A DNA stretch of 64,000 nt, from NCBI GenBank assembly GCA_965237415.1, contig CBDEFM010000002.1:3936001-4000000 (forward strand). The letters are read 5' to 3'. Every line of letters starts with the position of its first letter. Within the stretch, counting starts at the first letter, position 1. Made by a program: the position numbers and the translations under genes. Under the pieces are notes generated by a model. The model searched no databases and was not told where the DNA came from. It saw only the letters and a program-made list of their open reading frames with translations. Shown one piece after another: positions 29,020 to 40,707 of this stretch. Source of the stretch: Alphaproteobacteria bacterium (GTDB lineage Bacteria > Pseudomonadota > Alphaproteobacteria > UBA828).

Positions 29020-29068
29020 GGTGGCACGATACACCAGAGCGGCGCCGGTCAGAACGTCGGCTTACGGA

Positions 29069-29494
29069 TTAGTGGAGCGGCCCCGGCGGGCGCTCGCTAG
29101 TGCGGGGCGCGGGCTGGGCTTGCCCGGCGGGTCCGGCCTGATGGTGGACCATGAGCCAGCCGGCCGGCTCGCGTGCGAAGACGTTGGTGGCAATCAGCTG
29201 GCCCTGCTCCAGAACCTCGCGGCAGATCACGAAGGCGCTCGGTCCGAGGACGAACGCCCGCGGCCCCTCGCAGCGGATCTGCGGCGCGCCCGCACCGCCG
29301 AGGATCGCAGCCCAGCTCTCCATCACCATGTCGCGCCCGACCAGCGCGTCCCAGCCCGGATGAATGCAGGCCACAGGCGCTTCTCTGGCCCAGAGCGCAT
29401 CCATCGCCGCGAGGTCGCGGGTGGTAAAGGCACGGTAGAACTCCTGATTGGCGGCGAGCACCGCTTCTTCGTCCGACGTCGCTTGGTCCGGCAT
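29069..29494 (-). CDS. SnoaL-like/NTF2 family protein
   Basis: ANQEFYRAF, CIHPGW, ATNVF, WLMVHHQA. Confidence 0.85.
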   Translation of the reverse strand: MPDQATSDEEAVLAANQEFYRAFTTRDLAAMDALWAREAPVACIHPGWDALVGRDMVMESWAAILGGAGAPQIRCEGPRAFVLGPSAFVICREVLEQGQLIATNVFAREPAGWLMVHHQAGPAGQAQPAPRTSERPPGPLH

Positions 29495-29515
29495 GGCCGC
29501 TCCTCCTCGCGCCTC

Positions 29516-31129
29516 TCAGCCGCGCAGCGCCTCGTATTGGGCGTTGTAGGCGTCGGGATCGACCGTCACGTCGACCAGTGCCGGCCCGTCGTGCGCGAAC
29601 GCTTGCGCGAGCGCCGGGGTCAGCGGCTCGGTCGCGTCCACGCGCCAGCCCTGGCATCCGAGACCCTGCGCGACGGCGGCATGGTCCATCGCTCCGAAGC
29701 GGACGCCCCGGCTCTCCCGCTGCTGCCGCTGTTGCTTGATGTCGATGAGGGAGAGCCTGGAATCGTTGAACACCACGACCACGATGCGGCAGCCGAGGCG
29801 GGCGGCCGTCGCAAGCTCCGCGAGGCACATGTGCAGGCCACCGTCGCCGGTCATGGCGATCACCGGGCGCGCCGGCTCCTCCAGCGCTGCGGCGATCGCC
29901 GCCGGCAGCGCAAAGCCCATGGTGGAGAGGCCGTTCGACTTCAGCACGTCGTTGGGCTCGTCGGCCTGCCAGAGGCCCATGGCCGAGAACATGTGCGCGC
30001 CGGAATCGACGGTAAGCCGCGCCCCTGCCGGGGCGACGCGGCGCACGGCCGTCACCACGTCCTCCGCCGTGCGTCCGCCGGGGCCGGTCATGGCGAGGCC
30101 GGCACGAAGCCGGCTGCGGAGCGCGGCGATCTCCAGCTCCGACCAGCCCGCCGGCCGCGCGTTCTCCATCAGGGCCACGGCGGAGCGGTCGAGGGCACCC
30201 GTCAGCACCGCCGTCGGCACGGCCGGATAGTCGTAGCCGTCGTGAGCCGCGAGGGCGAGAATTCGTCCCTCGAAGCGCCAGGGCCCGGGGAGCAGTTCCA
30301 CCGGATCGAGGCCGAAGAAGATCAAGAGGTCGGCCCGGTCGAGGCAACGCGCATCGGCCGAGGCCCCGGTGAAGCAGCCGACGGCGAGGCGATCGGCGTC
30401 GGCGATCGCGCCCTTGGCCTTGTAGGTGGTCATCACCGGGCAGCCGAGCGCCTGCGCGAGCACTCTCAGCGCCGCACTCGCCGCCCGCCCGCGTGCCTCC
30501 ATGCCGGCGACGATCAGGGGCCGTGCCGAGGCGGCGAGCAGGCCGCGCGCCTCGGCCAGCGTGACGAGATCGTACGACTTGTCGGCCGTCTTCGCCGTCT
30601 TCCGCTTGCCGGAGGCGGGCGCGGCGGGGGCCGTGGCTGCCGCGGCCGTTAGGTCGAGCTGCACGGGGCCCGCCGGGTGCGCCGCCGCGGTATCGAGCAG
30701 CGAGTCGATCTCGCCCAGCCCGCCGCCGGGCGCCGGTTTCGCGTAGGCCTTGACCAGGGGCGCGAAGAGGGCGCGCTGGTCGAAACGCTGGTGCAGGGCG
30801 TGGTGGCCCGGCGCGGGCTCCGCGAGCGCATCGGTGACGAGAAGCACGGGCGCCCGCTCCAGCGCGGCGTAGGCGATGCCGTTGACGGCGCTTGCGGCAC
30901 CCGGCCCCACGCCCGTCACCGCCACACCGGGCGCGCCGCCGAGCTCGGCGGTGACCGCCGCCATCAGGGTGGCCGCGGTCTCGCCGTGGGTGAGCACGAA
31001 GTCGATGCCCTCTGCGGCGAACGCATCGATGACATCGAGACTGCTGGCTCCGCCCGGCACGCCGAAGGCGCGGCGCACGCCCCGCGCCCGGCACGCCGCC
31101 GCGAGGCCCTGGGCGAGCGTCTGTGCCAT
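29516..31129 (-). CDS. Thiamine pyrophosphate-dependent enzyme (acetolactate synthase-like)
   Basis: FGVPGG, catalytic Glu in HGETAA, GPGA, TMGFALPAA, GDGG...FND. Confidence 0.9.
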   Translation of the reverse strand: MAQTLAQGLAAACRARGVRRAFGVPGGASSLDVIDAFAAEGIDFVLTHGETAATLMAAVTAELGGAPGVAVTGVGPGAASAVNGIAYAALERAPVLLVTDALAEPAPGHHALHQRFDQRALFAPLVKAYAKPAPGGGLGEIDSLLDTAAAHPAGPVQLDLTAAAATAPAAPASGKRKTAKTADKSYDLVTLAEARGLLAASARPLIVAGMEARGRAASAALRVLAQALGCPVMTTYKAKGAIADADRLAVGCFTGASADARCLDRADLLIFFGLDPVELLPGPWRFEGRILALAAHDGYDYPAVPTAVLTGALDRSAVALMENARPAGWSELEIAALRSRLRAGLAMTGPGGRTAEDVVTAVRRVAPAGARLTVDSGAHMFSAMGLWQADEPNDVLKSNGLSTMGFALPAAIAAALEEPARPVIAMTGDGGLHMCLAELATAARLGCRIVVVVFNDSRLSLIDIKQQRQQRESRGVRFGAMDHAAVAQGLGCQGWRVDATEPLTPALAQAFAHDGPALVDVTVDPDAYNAQYEALRG

Positions 31130-31147
31130 AGGATTCGCGCGGTGCCG

Positions 31148-32187
31148 CTAGGGGATCAGCACCGCGCGGCCCTTGACCGTGCCGGCGTGGAGGTCGTGCA
31201 GCGCCCGGTTGGCGTCGGCGAGCGCGTACTCGCGGGTAGCCAGCGTCACCAGCCCCCGGTCGGCAAGCGCCATGAGCTCGACCAGCTCCGCATAGGTGCC
31301 CACCAGATTGCCGACGATGGTCTTCTCCGAGACGATCATGTCGATCGCCGGGATCTGGACGCGGCCGCCGTAGCCCACGATGTAGTAGAAGCCGTCGTTC
31401 CGCGTCATGGCGAGGCCCTTGTCGATGGCATCGCCCTCGCCGACGAAGTCGATCACCGCTTCCGCGCCGTGCCCGCCGGTGAGCGAGAGCACCTCGTCCA
31501 CCGCGCCCTCGTCGGCGCGCAACACGTGGTGCGCGCCGCATTCCTTGGCGAGACCCAGCGCGAGGTCGGAGCGGTCGAGCACGATGATCTCGGCCGCGCA
31601 GAGCGCCGCAAGGGACTGGATACCGATGTGGCCGAGCCCGCCGGCGCCGATGATCACCGCGTATTCGCCCGGCACCAGATGCGCGGCGGCCTTCTTGGCG
31701 ACGCGGTAGGCGGTGAGGCCTGCGTCGGTATAGGGGGCCACGTCCTTGGGCGCGAGGCTCTGGGGCAGCTTGATCAGGGCGCGCTCGCCGGTCAGCAGAT
31801 AGTCGGCGTAGCCGCCGGCTGCGTTGATGCCGGGGAAGCTGCTCTCGCTCGCGTGCATGTCGTTGCCGCGCCGGCAGGCGAGGCAGTGGCCGCTGGTTAC
31901 CAGCGGGTGGCAGATCACCGCGTCGCCGACCTTGACGCTTTCCACGCCTGAGCCGACCTCTTCCACCCAGCCCGCGTTCTCGTGCCCCATGATGTGGGGG
32001 AAGGCGACATCCACATGCCCCCGCCACACGCCCTCGATGATGTGGAGGTCGGTGCGGCAGACGCCTGCGCCGCCGATGCGGACGATGACATCCGTGGGCT
32101 TCGCGATCGTGGGATCGGGCACCTCCTCGTAGGTCACGAATTCGGGCTGGGTGAGGGATTCGTCGTAGCCGTGGAGCGTCGCTGCCT

Positions 32188-32191
<4 letters not shown>
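31148..32191 (-). CDS. Zn-dependent NAD(P) alcohol dehydrogenase
   Basis: GVCRTDLH, GHENAG, GAGGLG, GRAVLIP. Confidence 0.92.
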
Positions 32192-33273
<1,082 letters not shown>

Positions 33274-33277
33274 GCAC

Positions 33278-34141
33278 CTACTCCCGGATCACGCCGGCGA
33301 GCGTGCCGCGCGCAAGGTAGCGCTCCAGCACGAAGGCGATGATGACCAGAGGCAGCACCGAGACCAGCGCCGATGCGCTCAGACTCCACCACGGCACCTT
33401 GTTGGAATTGAGGATTACGATGGTGGGCGGCAGCAGTTGCACCTTGGCGAAGGTCAGCGTCAGCGCGAAGAAGAAGTCGCTCCACGAGAAGATGATGCAG
33501 AGCAGCGTCGCCACCACCATGCCCGGCGCGCAGTTGGGCAGAATGATCCGATAGAAGGCCTGGATCGGGTTGCAGCCGTCGATCAGCGCCGCCTCGTCGA
33601 GTTCGATGGGCACGGTGTTGAAGAAGTCCACCATCACCCAGACGACGATGGGCAGCAGCATTGCAACATAGACCAGGATTAGGCCCAGATGCGTGTCGAG
33701 TAGGCCGGTGAAGCGCAGCAGTAGGAAGTAGGGGATCGCGAGCACCGCGGGCGGCATGATGCGCTGGGAGATGAAGAAGAAGGTGATGTCGTTGTTGCCC
33801 AGGGGGCCGGCGCGGAAGGTGAAGCGCGAGAGCCCGTAGGCCGCGAGGGTGCCGAGGAAGAGCGCGATCAAGCTCGAGATCAGGCTGACCACGAGGCTGG
33901 AGAGGTAGGGCCCCTGCATGCTGATCCCGCCCGAGCTGGTGTCGCGGAATAGCGCCGTCCAGCCCTCGACCGTGGGCTCGTATTCGAGGAAGGGGATATA
34001 GGTCGCGCCGCCGACCACGCCGGGGTCGCTCTTGAACGAGGTGGAGAGCGCCCACAGGAATGGGGCCACCACGAAGATCGCCCAGGCGATGAGCGCGGCG
34101 TACTTGAGCACCCGGTAGAGGTCGGCCTTGAGCCCGGTCAT
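33278..34141 (-). CDS. Carbohydrate ABC permease (MalG-like)
   Basis: AAYGLSRF, EAA motif LDEAALIDG. Confidence 0.92.
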   Translation of the reverse strand: MTGLKADLYRVLKYAALIAWAIFVVAPFLWALSTSFKSDPGVVGGATYIPFLEYEPTVEGWTALFRDTSSGGISMQGPYLSSLVVSLISSLIALFLGTLAAYGLSRFTFRAGPLGNNDITFFFISQRIMPPAVLAIPYFLLLRFTGLLDTHLGLILVYVAMLLPIVVWVMVDFFNTVPIELDEAALIDGCNPIQAFYRIILPNCAPGMVVATLLCIIFSWSDFFFALTLTFAKVQLLPPTIVILNSNKVPWWSLSASALVSVLPLVIIAFVLERYLARGTLAGVIRE

Positions 34142-34172
34142 GGCGACCCCAGGCGCGTGCGCGCGCGCACGC

Positions 34173-35057
34173 TCATACCCGCACCGGCCCCTGACGGCCG
34201 ATCATGAGGCGGCTCATCATGCGGGCGAAGATGGTGAGCGCGACGATCATGATCACCAGATAGATGATCGAAAGCGAGGCGGTGTAGCCGATCTGAAACT
34301 CGCGCAGGCCCCGGATGTAGAGCAGATAGCTCGTGGTCTCGGTGGAGGAGCCGGGGCCGCCCGAGGTCAGCGCATAGATGGTCTCCATCAGCTTGGAGGA
34401 TTCGATCAGGCGGATGATCAGCGCGCCCAGCGTGATCGGCGCCATCAGTGGGAAGGTCACGTGGACGAAGGTGCGGATCGGCCCGGCGCCGTCGATCTGG
34501 GCCGCCTCGTAGGGCTCGCGCGGCAGCGACATCAGGCCGGCCAGCAGCAGGATGAACATGAAGGAGGTCCACTGCCAGACGTCGATGATGATGACCGCAG
34601 CGAAGGCGGGGCCGGACTTGCTCAGCCACGGCACGCCCGGGATGCCGAACCAGCTCAGCACATCGTTGAGCGGCCCGAGGGTCTCGTGAAAGATCGTGCG
34701 CCAGACCACCGCCATCACCACCGGCGTCACGCACATCGGTACGATGAAGAGCACGCGGAAGAAGCGACCCGCGCGCACGTCCTTCCACAGCATGAGCGCG
34801 AGCGCGAAGCCCAGCAGATATTCGAAGACGACGCAGAAGAGCACCATCAGGTAGAGGGTGCCCATGGAATCCCAGAAGCGGCCGTCGGCGATGACTCGGG
34901 TGTAGTTGTCCCAACCGATGTAGTCGAGTTCGGGGAAGTTCACGTCCCAGCCGGAGAAGCTGAGGCGCACCGTGTAGATGAGCGGAAAGATGATGATTGC
35001 GAGCAGCGCAATAAGCGCCGGAAGCAAGAAGATATGCTTGTAGCGCGAATCAAGCAT
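34173..35057 (-). CDS. Carbohydrate ABC permease (MalF-like)
   Basis: DVWQWT, YEAAQIDGA, GGPGSSTET. Confidence 0.92.
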   Translation of the reverse strand: MLDSRYKHIFLLPALIALLAIIIFPLIYTVRLSFSGWDVNFPELDYIGWDNYTRVIADGRFWDSMGTLYLMVLFCVVFEYLLGFALALMLWKDVRAGRFFRVLFIVPMCVTPVVMAVVWRTIFHETLGPLNDVLSWFGIPGVPWLSKSGPAFAAVIIIDVWQWTSFMFILLLAGLMSLPREPYEAAQIDGAGPIRTFVHVTFPLMAPITLGALIIRLIESSKLMETIYALTSGGPGSSTETTSYLLYIRGLREFQIGYTASLSIIYLVIMIVALTIFARMMSRLMIGRQGPVRV

Positions 35058-35072
35058 GGCCGGGCGAAGAAC

Positions 35073-35098
35073 GACCGGCGGGCCTCAGCCCGCCGGTC
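35073..35098. other. Perfect 11-bp stem-loop between binding protein and permease (mRNA-stabilising or partial terminator)
   Basis: GACCGGCGGGC-CTCA-GCCCGCCGGTC. Confidence 0.65.
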
Positions 35099-35140
35099 TC
35101 CTCATGCAAAACCTACCGTCGGTCTCGATGGCGGCCGGTC

Positions 35141-36709
35141 CTATTTGACCTGATCCAGCGAGACGTTGTCCTCGAGCGCGACCACATTCTTGTAGGCATC
35201 GCGGATCGCGTCGACGCCGATCCGGTCGGCGATGCGGGTCCATTCCTCGGCGACCTCGTCGAGCGCGGCCTGGGCCGTCATCTCGCCGGCCATCGCCTTG
35301 GCGACGCTCGCCATCATCGCGACGTAGAACTGATTGACGCCGGGCACGCGCAGGTCGAAGACCCGGTTGGTGCTGGTGTCCATGCCCCGCAGCATGACGG
35401 TGAAGCTCTCGGCCACCGCACGGTCCCAGCCGGCTTCCTGCTCCCAGTAGTTGGGGTCCATGTGGCTGGTGCGGAAGGGGTTGACGCCGAAGCGACCGAT
35501 CAAGAGGTCGTGGTTGGTGTTGGCGTAGTTCGAGAAGAAGCAGAACCAGTCAAACGCCATCTCCTGCTCTTCGCTGTACTTGGAGACGCCGGCGCCCCAG
35601 CCCCAGGTCACGTAGGGCGCGACCGAGGGAGTCTCGAACTCGTCCCACTGGCCGCTGACGCGGTTCCACACCTTGTGCGAGCCCATGGAGGGACCGTACT
35701 GGGTACCGACGCGGATCTTGTTGCGGATCGGCGAATCCGGCTGCATCGCCTGGATGAAGGCGTCGTCCCAGGTCACGCTCATCAGCGATTGGCCGCCGCC
35801 CCAGGAGAAGATCTCGTCGCCGATGCCGAAGTTGATCCCGCCCGGCGGCATGTAGCGGAGCGCGTCCATCCACATCTCGAGCCCCTTGACGAAGCCCGGG
35901 TTGTTGACCTGCGGCGTCATGGTGTCGAGATCGAACCAGAAGCCGCCGGTGACGTTCGGGTTCTTGGCGTAAGAGGCGACGCGGGTGATGAAGTTGGCGA
36001 AGGCCACGTCGTCGCGCTTGACGATCTCGGTCGAGCCGTATTCCAGCTCGCCGTCGCCGTCCCAATCCCAGCCGCTGAAGAAGGTGGCGACCTCGGCGTA
36101 TTCCTCCCAGGTCGTCGGCACTGCGAGATCGCGGCCGTACTCGGCCTTGAACTTGGCCTGATTCTCCGCGTCCTCGAAGGGCGGCAGGATGTACTTGAAG
36201 TAGTTCCGGTCGCCGTCGAAGGTGTACTGCAGGCGCTGGCCGTTCCAGCTGGCCACGCCCTGGTAGGAGGGCGTGATGTCCTTCATCTCGTCGGTGTCGA
36301 GATATTTCTGCGGGACGGGCGCCAAGTGCGGGGCCCAGTCGCCGATCCAGTAGGAGCCGCCGTAGACGATGTCATAGATGTGCTGGCCGGTCTGGAAGGG
36401 GATCATCACCTTGTGGTAGAGCTCGCCGAAGGGGGCGTGCACCACGTTGACCGTGCCGCCGGTCAGCTCCTCGAACTGCTTGGAGTGCAGCGCTACCGGC
36501 TCGCCCATCACGGGCACGGCGTGGGTCAGGATGGTGATCTCGTGCCCGGTATAGTCCTTCGCGTCGATCGAAGCGTAGGAGCAGACACCGGGAACGTCTT
36601 CCTTGATCCCGTAATTCGCGACGTAGTCGGTCTCCGCGAAGGCGGGCATCGTCATGGCCACGCCGAACGCGCCAAGGACGCCGGCCGCCAGAACAGCTCT
36701 CGGATTCAT
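35141..36709 (-). CDS. Carbohydrate ABC extracellular solute-binding protein
   Basis: Signal peptide, FEELTG, VPTTWEEY, DWDGDGE Ca-binding-like loop, NPFRTSH, DLRVPG. Confidence 0.88.
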   Translation of the reverse strand: MNPRAVLAAGVLGAFGVAMTMPAFAETDYVANYGIKEDVPGVCSYASIDAKDYTGHEITILTHAVPVMGEPVALHSKQFEELTGGTVNVVHAPFGELYHKVMIPFQTGQHIYDIVYGGSYWIGDWAPHLAPVPQKYLDTDEMKDITPSYQGVASWNGQRLQYTFDGDRNYFKYILPPFEDAENQAKFKAEYGRDLAVPTTWEEYAEVATFFSGWDWDGDGELEYGSTEIVKRDDVAFANFITRVASYAKNPNVTGGFWFDLDTMTPQVNNPGFVKGLEMWMDALRYMPPGGINFGIGDEIFSWGGGQSLMSVTWDDAFIQAMQPDSPIRNKIRVGTQYGPSMGSHKVWNRVSGQWDEFETPSVAPYVTWGWGAGVSKYSEEQEMAFDWFCFFSNYANTNHDLLIGRFGVNPFRTSHMDPNYWEQEAGWDRAVAESFTVMLRGMDTSTNRVFDLRVPGVNQFYVAMMASVAKAMAGEMTAQAALDEVAEEWTRIADRIGVDAIRDAYKNVVALEDNVSLDQVK

Positions 36710-36842
36710 CGTTATCTCCCTGAGTGGCTTGCGGGATGGCTCCCGGCGGATGCATACCGCCGGCGCCGGCTCCCAGCCGGCGAGTATGCGTCATCGCCCG
36801 CGGGCCAAGCAAGAAAAGGCCGGTGGTGTGCCGTGCCTCGCC

Positions 36843-38021
36843 CTAATGACCGAGGCTGTTGCCGGTTGCGATATCGAACAGGTGGACGCGATCGCCTTCG
36901 ACAATGAGGTCGATGACCTCCCCCCGGTCGGGCACCCGATCCGCCGACACCCGCAGCGTCAGGAATCGGGCATCGTCGACTGCAAGTCCGGCTTTGTCCT
37001 CAGAGCTCGCGCCGACCAGTTCGTCGGCTGTGCGGATGGCGATGGCCGGGTCGACCAGGGAGGCGGAGACATAGGCCTCGGGCTCGATATGCTCGATCAG
37101 CTCGACGCGGGCCTGCAAGGCGCCGGGTGCGCCATCCGCGCTACGGCGCCATCCCAGATGCTCCGGCCGGATCCCTAAGAGAACCTTGTCGCCGGGCCTC
37201 GCCTCGATGCCCGCCGCGCGCGGGCCGAGCACGAGTTGGGTGCCTCCCATCGATACTGCGGGCCCGTCTCGGCTGCCGACGAACGCGGCTTCGAAGAAGT
37301 TCATCGCCGGGCTGCCGATGAAGCCGGCCACGAAGATATTGGCCGGTTGGCGATAGAGCGCCTGTGGGGTGTCGTATTGCTGGAGCGCGCCTTCCGAGAA
37401 TATGGCGACGCGGTCGCCCAGCGTCATCGCCTCCACCTGATCGTGGGTGACATGGATCGTGGTCACGCCGAGCCTTTCATGGAGGCGCCGCAGCTCGGCC
37501 CGCAACTGCACCCTGAGCTTGGCATCCAGGTTGGAGAGCGGCTCGTCGAGGAGGAAGGCGCCTGGATGGCGGACGATTGCCCGCCCCATGGCCACGCGTT
37601 GCCGCTGGCCGCCGGAAAGCTGCTTCGGCTTGCGGTCGAGAAGCTGGGCGAGATCGAGAATGCGCGCCGCCTCGTTCACCCGCTCATCGATCTCCGACTG
37701 GCGGAACTTTCGCACGCGCAACGCAAACGCGATGTTCTGGCGCACCGTCATGTGCGGATAGAGCGCGTAGTTCTGAAAGACCATGGCCATGTTGCGCTCG
37801 CGGGGCGAGATCTCGTTGATGACCTGGCCGTCGAAGCGGAGCTGGCCGGCGGTGGCCGATTCGAGCCCCGAGATCAGCCGCAGCAGGGTCGTTTTCCCAC
37901 ACCCGGAAGGCCCGACGAACACCACGAACTCGCCGTCGGCGATTTCCAGGTCCACGTCGTTGACGGCCACCGTGCCGTCCGGAAAGACCTTGCTGATTCC
38001 GCTCAGACCGATCGCGCCCAT
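36843..38021 (-). CDS. Carbohydrate ABC ATP-binding protein (MalK-like)
   Basis: GPSGCGKTT, LSGGQRQR, DEPLSNLDAKLR. Confidence 0.94.
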   Translation of the reverse strand: MGAIGLSGISKVFPDGTVAVNDVDLEIADGEFVVFVGPSGCGKTTLLRLISGLESATAGQLRFDGQVINEISPRERNMAMVFQNYALYPHMTVRQNIAFALRVRKFRQSEIDERVNEAARILDLAQLLDRKPKQLSGGQRQRVAMGRAIVRHPGAFLLDEPLSNLDAKLRVQLRAELRRLHERLGVTTIHVTHDQVEAMTLGDRVAIFSEGALQQYDTPQALYRQPANIFVAGFIGSPAMNFFEAAFVGSRDGPAVSMGGTQLVLGPRAAGIEARPGDKVLLGIRPEHLGWRRSADGAPGALQARVELIEHIEPEAYVSASLVDPAIAIRTADELVGASSEDKAGLAVDDARFLTLRVSADRVPDRGEVIDLIVEGDRVHLFDIATGNSLGH

Positions 38022-38283
38022 CGGGAGACCTTACACGGCATTGACGCGCCCGCAGAAGACCCGCCGCTTGCGTCCCGCAATGCTGGCGGGCGCAGCCGAC
38101 ACGTCGCCTATCGGTCGACCGTAGTCGCTGACACCTCCCGCCGCATTGACCGCGCCGGACCGCCCGACTACCGTCGCCGATCCATCGTTTGATACAGGCT
38201 TTCGGCTGCGATGGGTACCGTCCTGCGGCAAAGCATTCCGGCGGGACGCGATCTGATCGCCCCGCTTCTCATCCGTTCCGGAG

Positions 38284-39090
38284 GTGGCGATGTCCTCGGA
38301 TGACAGCAGCGTCCCGCTCGGCTACGCGCGCGATATCTTCGACCTGTCCGGCCGGGTGGCCGTGATCACGGGCGGCGGCAGCGGGCTCGGCCGGGCAATC
38401 GCCATCGGCTACGCGCAATGCGGAGTCACGGTCGTCGTCGCGGACATAAACGAAGACGGCGCGGCCGAGACATCGGCAGCCATAGCCGAGCAGGGTGGGA
38501 CTGCCGTCGCCTTGCCACTCGATGTGACGAAGCGCAGCCAGTGCGTCGACGTCGCGAACGCCGTGCGGCGCGAGCATGGGCACATCGACATCCTCGTCAA
38601 CAGCGCGGGCGGCGCCCATCGCAGCCCGGCCGAGGAGTTCCCTGAGGAGCGCTTCGACTACATCATCGAGCTCAACCTGAAGGGCACATACCTGTGCTGT
38701 CAGGCCTTCGGCGGCATCATGCTCGAGCAGGGGAAGGGCAGCATCATCAACATGGCGTCGATCGGCTCCTTCATCGCCTATCCGTTGTCGAGCGCCTATC
38801 TCGCGTCGAAGGGCGGGGTCGCCCAGGTGACCAAGGTCATGGCCCTGGAGTGGCGCGAGCGTGGCGTGCGCGTCAACGGCATCGGCCCGACGCTGATGGA
38901 ATCTCCGATGACCCGCAAGGCCGCCCAGACAACCTCGCTAACCGCCGACTTCATCAAGGCCCGAATGATTCGGCCACGGGTCGGCTTGCCGCGCGAGTTG
39001 ATCGGCGCCGCGGTCTTCCTCGCGAGCGATGCGTCGGAGCTGGTGACCGGCCACACACTCATGTGCGACGACGGTTACTTGACCGCCTGA
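38284..39090 (+). CDS. SDR oxidoreductase (gluconate 5-dehydrogenase/KduD-like)
   Basis: TGGGSGLG, NSAG, YLASK, ALEW, VTGHTLMCDDG. Confidence 0.9.
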   Translation: MAMSSDDSSVPLGYARDIFDLSGRVAVITGGGSGLGRAIAIGYAQCGVTVVVADINEDGAAETSAAIAEQGGTAVALPLDVTKRSQCVDVANAVRREHGHIDILVNSAGGAHRSPAEEFPEERFDYIIELNLKGTYLCCQAFGGIMLEQGKGSIINMASIGSFIAYPLSSAYLASKGGVAQVTKVMALEWRERGVRVNGIGPTLMESPMTRKAAQTTSLTADFIKARMIRPRVGLPRELIGAAVFLASDASELVTGHTLMCDDGYLTA

Positions 39091-39209
39091 TTGGGCCGGG
39101 TGTCAGGACGCTTGTCCGGCAATCCGGTGGTTCCCCTATCCTTTCGGTGGTAGCGTGCGATGGCTGGCGCATAAGCGCCGACAACAAGAAAATCCGAGGG
39201 GAGGAACCC

Positions 39210-40667
39210 ATGGCCAAGAGGACCACGTCTGGCCTGACGGGCGATTCGAGCGATGGCACAGTCCGCGGGCTGAATCGCCGTCAAATCATCAAAGGCGCGA
39301 GCGCGGCGGGGGTCACTGCTGCGGCGCTTCCCGGACTGTTGAGCGGTCATGGACCGTTCGGTGCAGGGTCGGCATCGGCCGCCGACTACGACCCGTTGAA
39401 GTATGCCGGGACCGAGATTAACATCCTCATGACCGGCGACGAGAACGATCACCGGGCGCTCAACGATCTGCTGCCCGAAATGAAGGCGGAGACCGGAATC
39501 GACCTGGTGGTCACGTCTCCCGCCCTGGGACCGTTGATCGAGAAGACTCTGCAGAACCTCAAGGGCGAGCAGTCGTCGTTCGAGATAATCGAGTACCTGG
39601 GATTCCTGACCACGCAGCAGGTGGGTGGCGGCTACTTCTCGCAGCTCAACGATTTAATCGACGATCCCAGCGAGACACCGCCCGACTGGGACCTCGGAGA
39701 CTTCATTCCTGCTGCCATGAGAAATGTCGGCTACTACGACATGGCGACGGGAACGGTCGGCAAGGGCTCGGATGTCTACGGCGTTCCCGGCCTGCATTCC
39801 GGCTCGGTCATCTACTTCTACCGCAAGGACCTGTTTGAGGAGGCCGGTCTCCAGCCGGCCTCGACGTGGGACGAGTTCATGGCGGCCGCCCAGGCGTTGC
39901 ATAGCGACGACGTGGCCGGATGCAGCTTCATCGGCGCCAACGATTTCTCGCTCGCCACGGTGGACTGGTACACGCGCTTCGTGACCACCGGCGGCAGCTT
40001 GATGAGCGGCAACCCCAATGAGGGGAACTTCATGCCGCAGATCAACTCGCCCGAGGGCATCGGTGCGCTGCAAATGCTCATCGACTTGCTGCCCTACGCG
40101 CCGAAGAACGTGACGCAGTACGGCTTCGCGGAGAACGTGGACGGCTTCTCCACCGGCAGGATCGCGCAGATGATCTTCTGGTCGACCATTGCCGGACCGG
40201 TCCTCAACGAGGAGAATTCGCTGGTCGCCGACGTGACGGGGACCGCGCCCGTGCCGGCGGGGCCGGGGCAGACTCCCAGGGCGATCCAGGGTGGCTGGGG
40301 GGTCGGCATTCCCGCGAACGTCGATCCTGCCAAGAGGAACGCCGCCTGGCGGGCGCTGACATGGGTCACCAACAAGCGCATCAACCGCCACTCGATCGAG
40401 GCCTACAACATCGATGCCAACCGCACCTCGGCCTTCAAGGACCCGGAGCTGGCTGAGAAGTTCCCCTATCTGGAGCATGCGCTGGCGGCGATCGAGAACG
40501 CGGTGACCATCCCGACCTCGCGCATCCCGGAGTTCTTCCAGATGAACGCCCTGATGAACGTCGAGTTCAACGCGGCGCTGATCGGCGCGCAGGACGCCAA
40601 GACCGCGTGCGACAACGTGCAGGCCCAGTGGGAGGATGTTCTGCGCAAGGCGGGTCACCTCGCATAG
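39210..40667 (+). CDS. Carbohydrate ABC solute-binding protein with Tat signal
   Basis: LNRRQIIKG twin-arginine motif, YRKDLF, STWDEF, GGWGVGIP. Confidence 0.88.
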   Translation: MAKRTTSGLTGDSSDGTVRGLNRRQIIKGASAAGVTAAALPGLLSGHGPFGAGSASAADYDPLKYAGTEINILMTGDENDHRALNDLLPEMKAETGIDLVVTSPALGPLIEKTLQNLKGEQSSFEIIEYLGFLTTQQVGGGYFSQLNDLIDDPSETPPDWDLGDFIPAAMRNVGYYDMATGTVGKGSDVYGVPGLHSGSVIYFYRKDLFEEAGLQPASTWDEFMAAAQALHSDDVAGCSFIGANDFSLATVDWYTRFVTTGGSLMSGNPNEGNFMPQINSPEGIGALQMLIDLLPYAPKNVTQYGFAENVDGFSTGRIAQMIFWSTIAGPVLNEENSLVADVTGTAPVPAGPGQTPRAIQGGWGVGIPANVDPAKRNAAWRALTWVTNKRINRHSIEAYNIDANRTSAFKDPELAEKFPYLEHALAAIENAVTIPTSRIPEFFQMNALMNVEFNAALIGAQDAKTACDNVQAQWEDVLRKAGHLA

Positions 40668-40707
40668 GCTGAAGAGAGACCGACACCGCGCGTAACCCGA
40701 TCGCGGG

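Noticed and set aside
38694-39209. N-terminal extension of the 657-aa ORF
   Set aside because: Overlaps the SDR out of frame; the real start is 39210, with an RBS and Tat motif. The same applies to the extended starts of gpt, coxE, nicX, the lactonase, livG and the 48495 hydrolase
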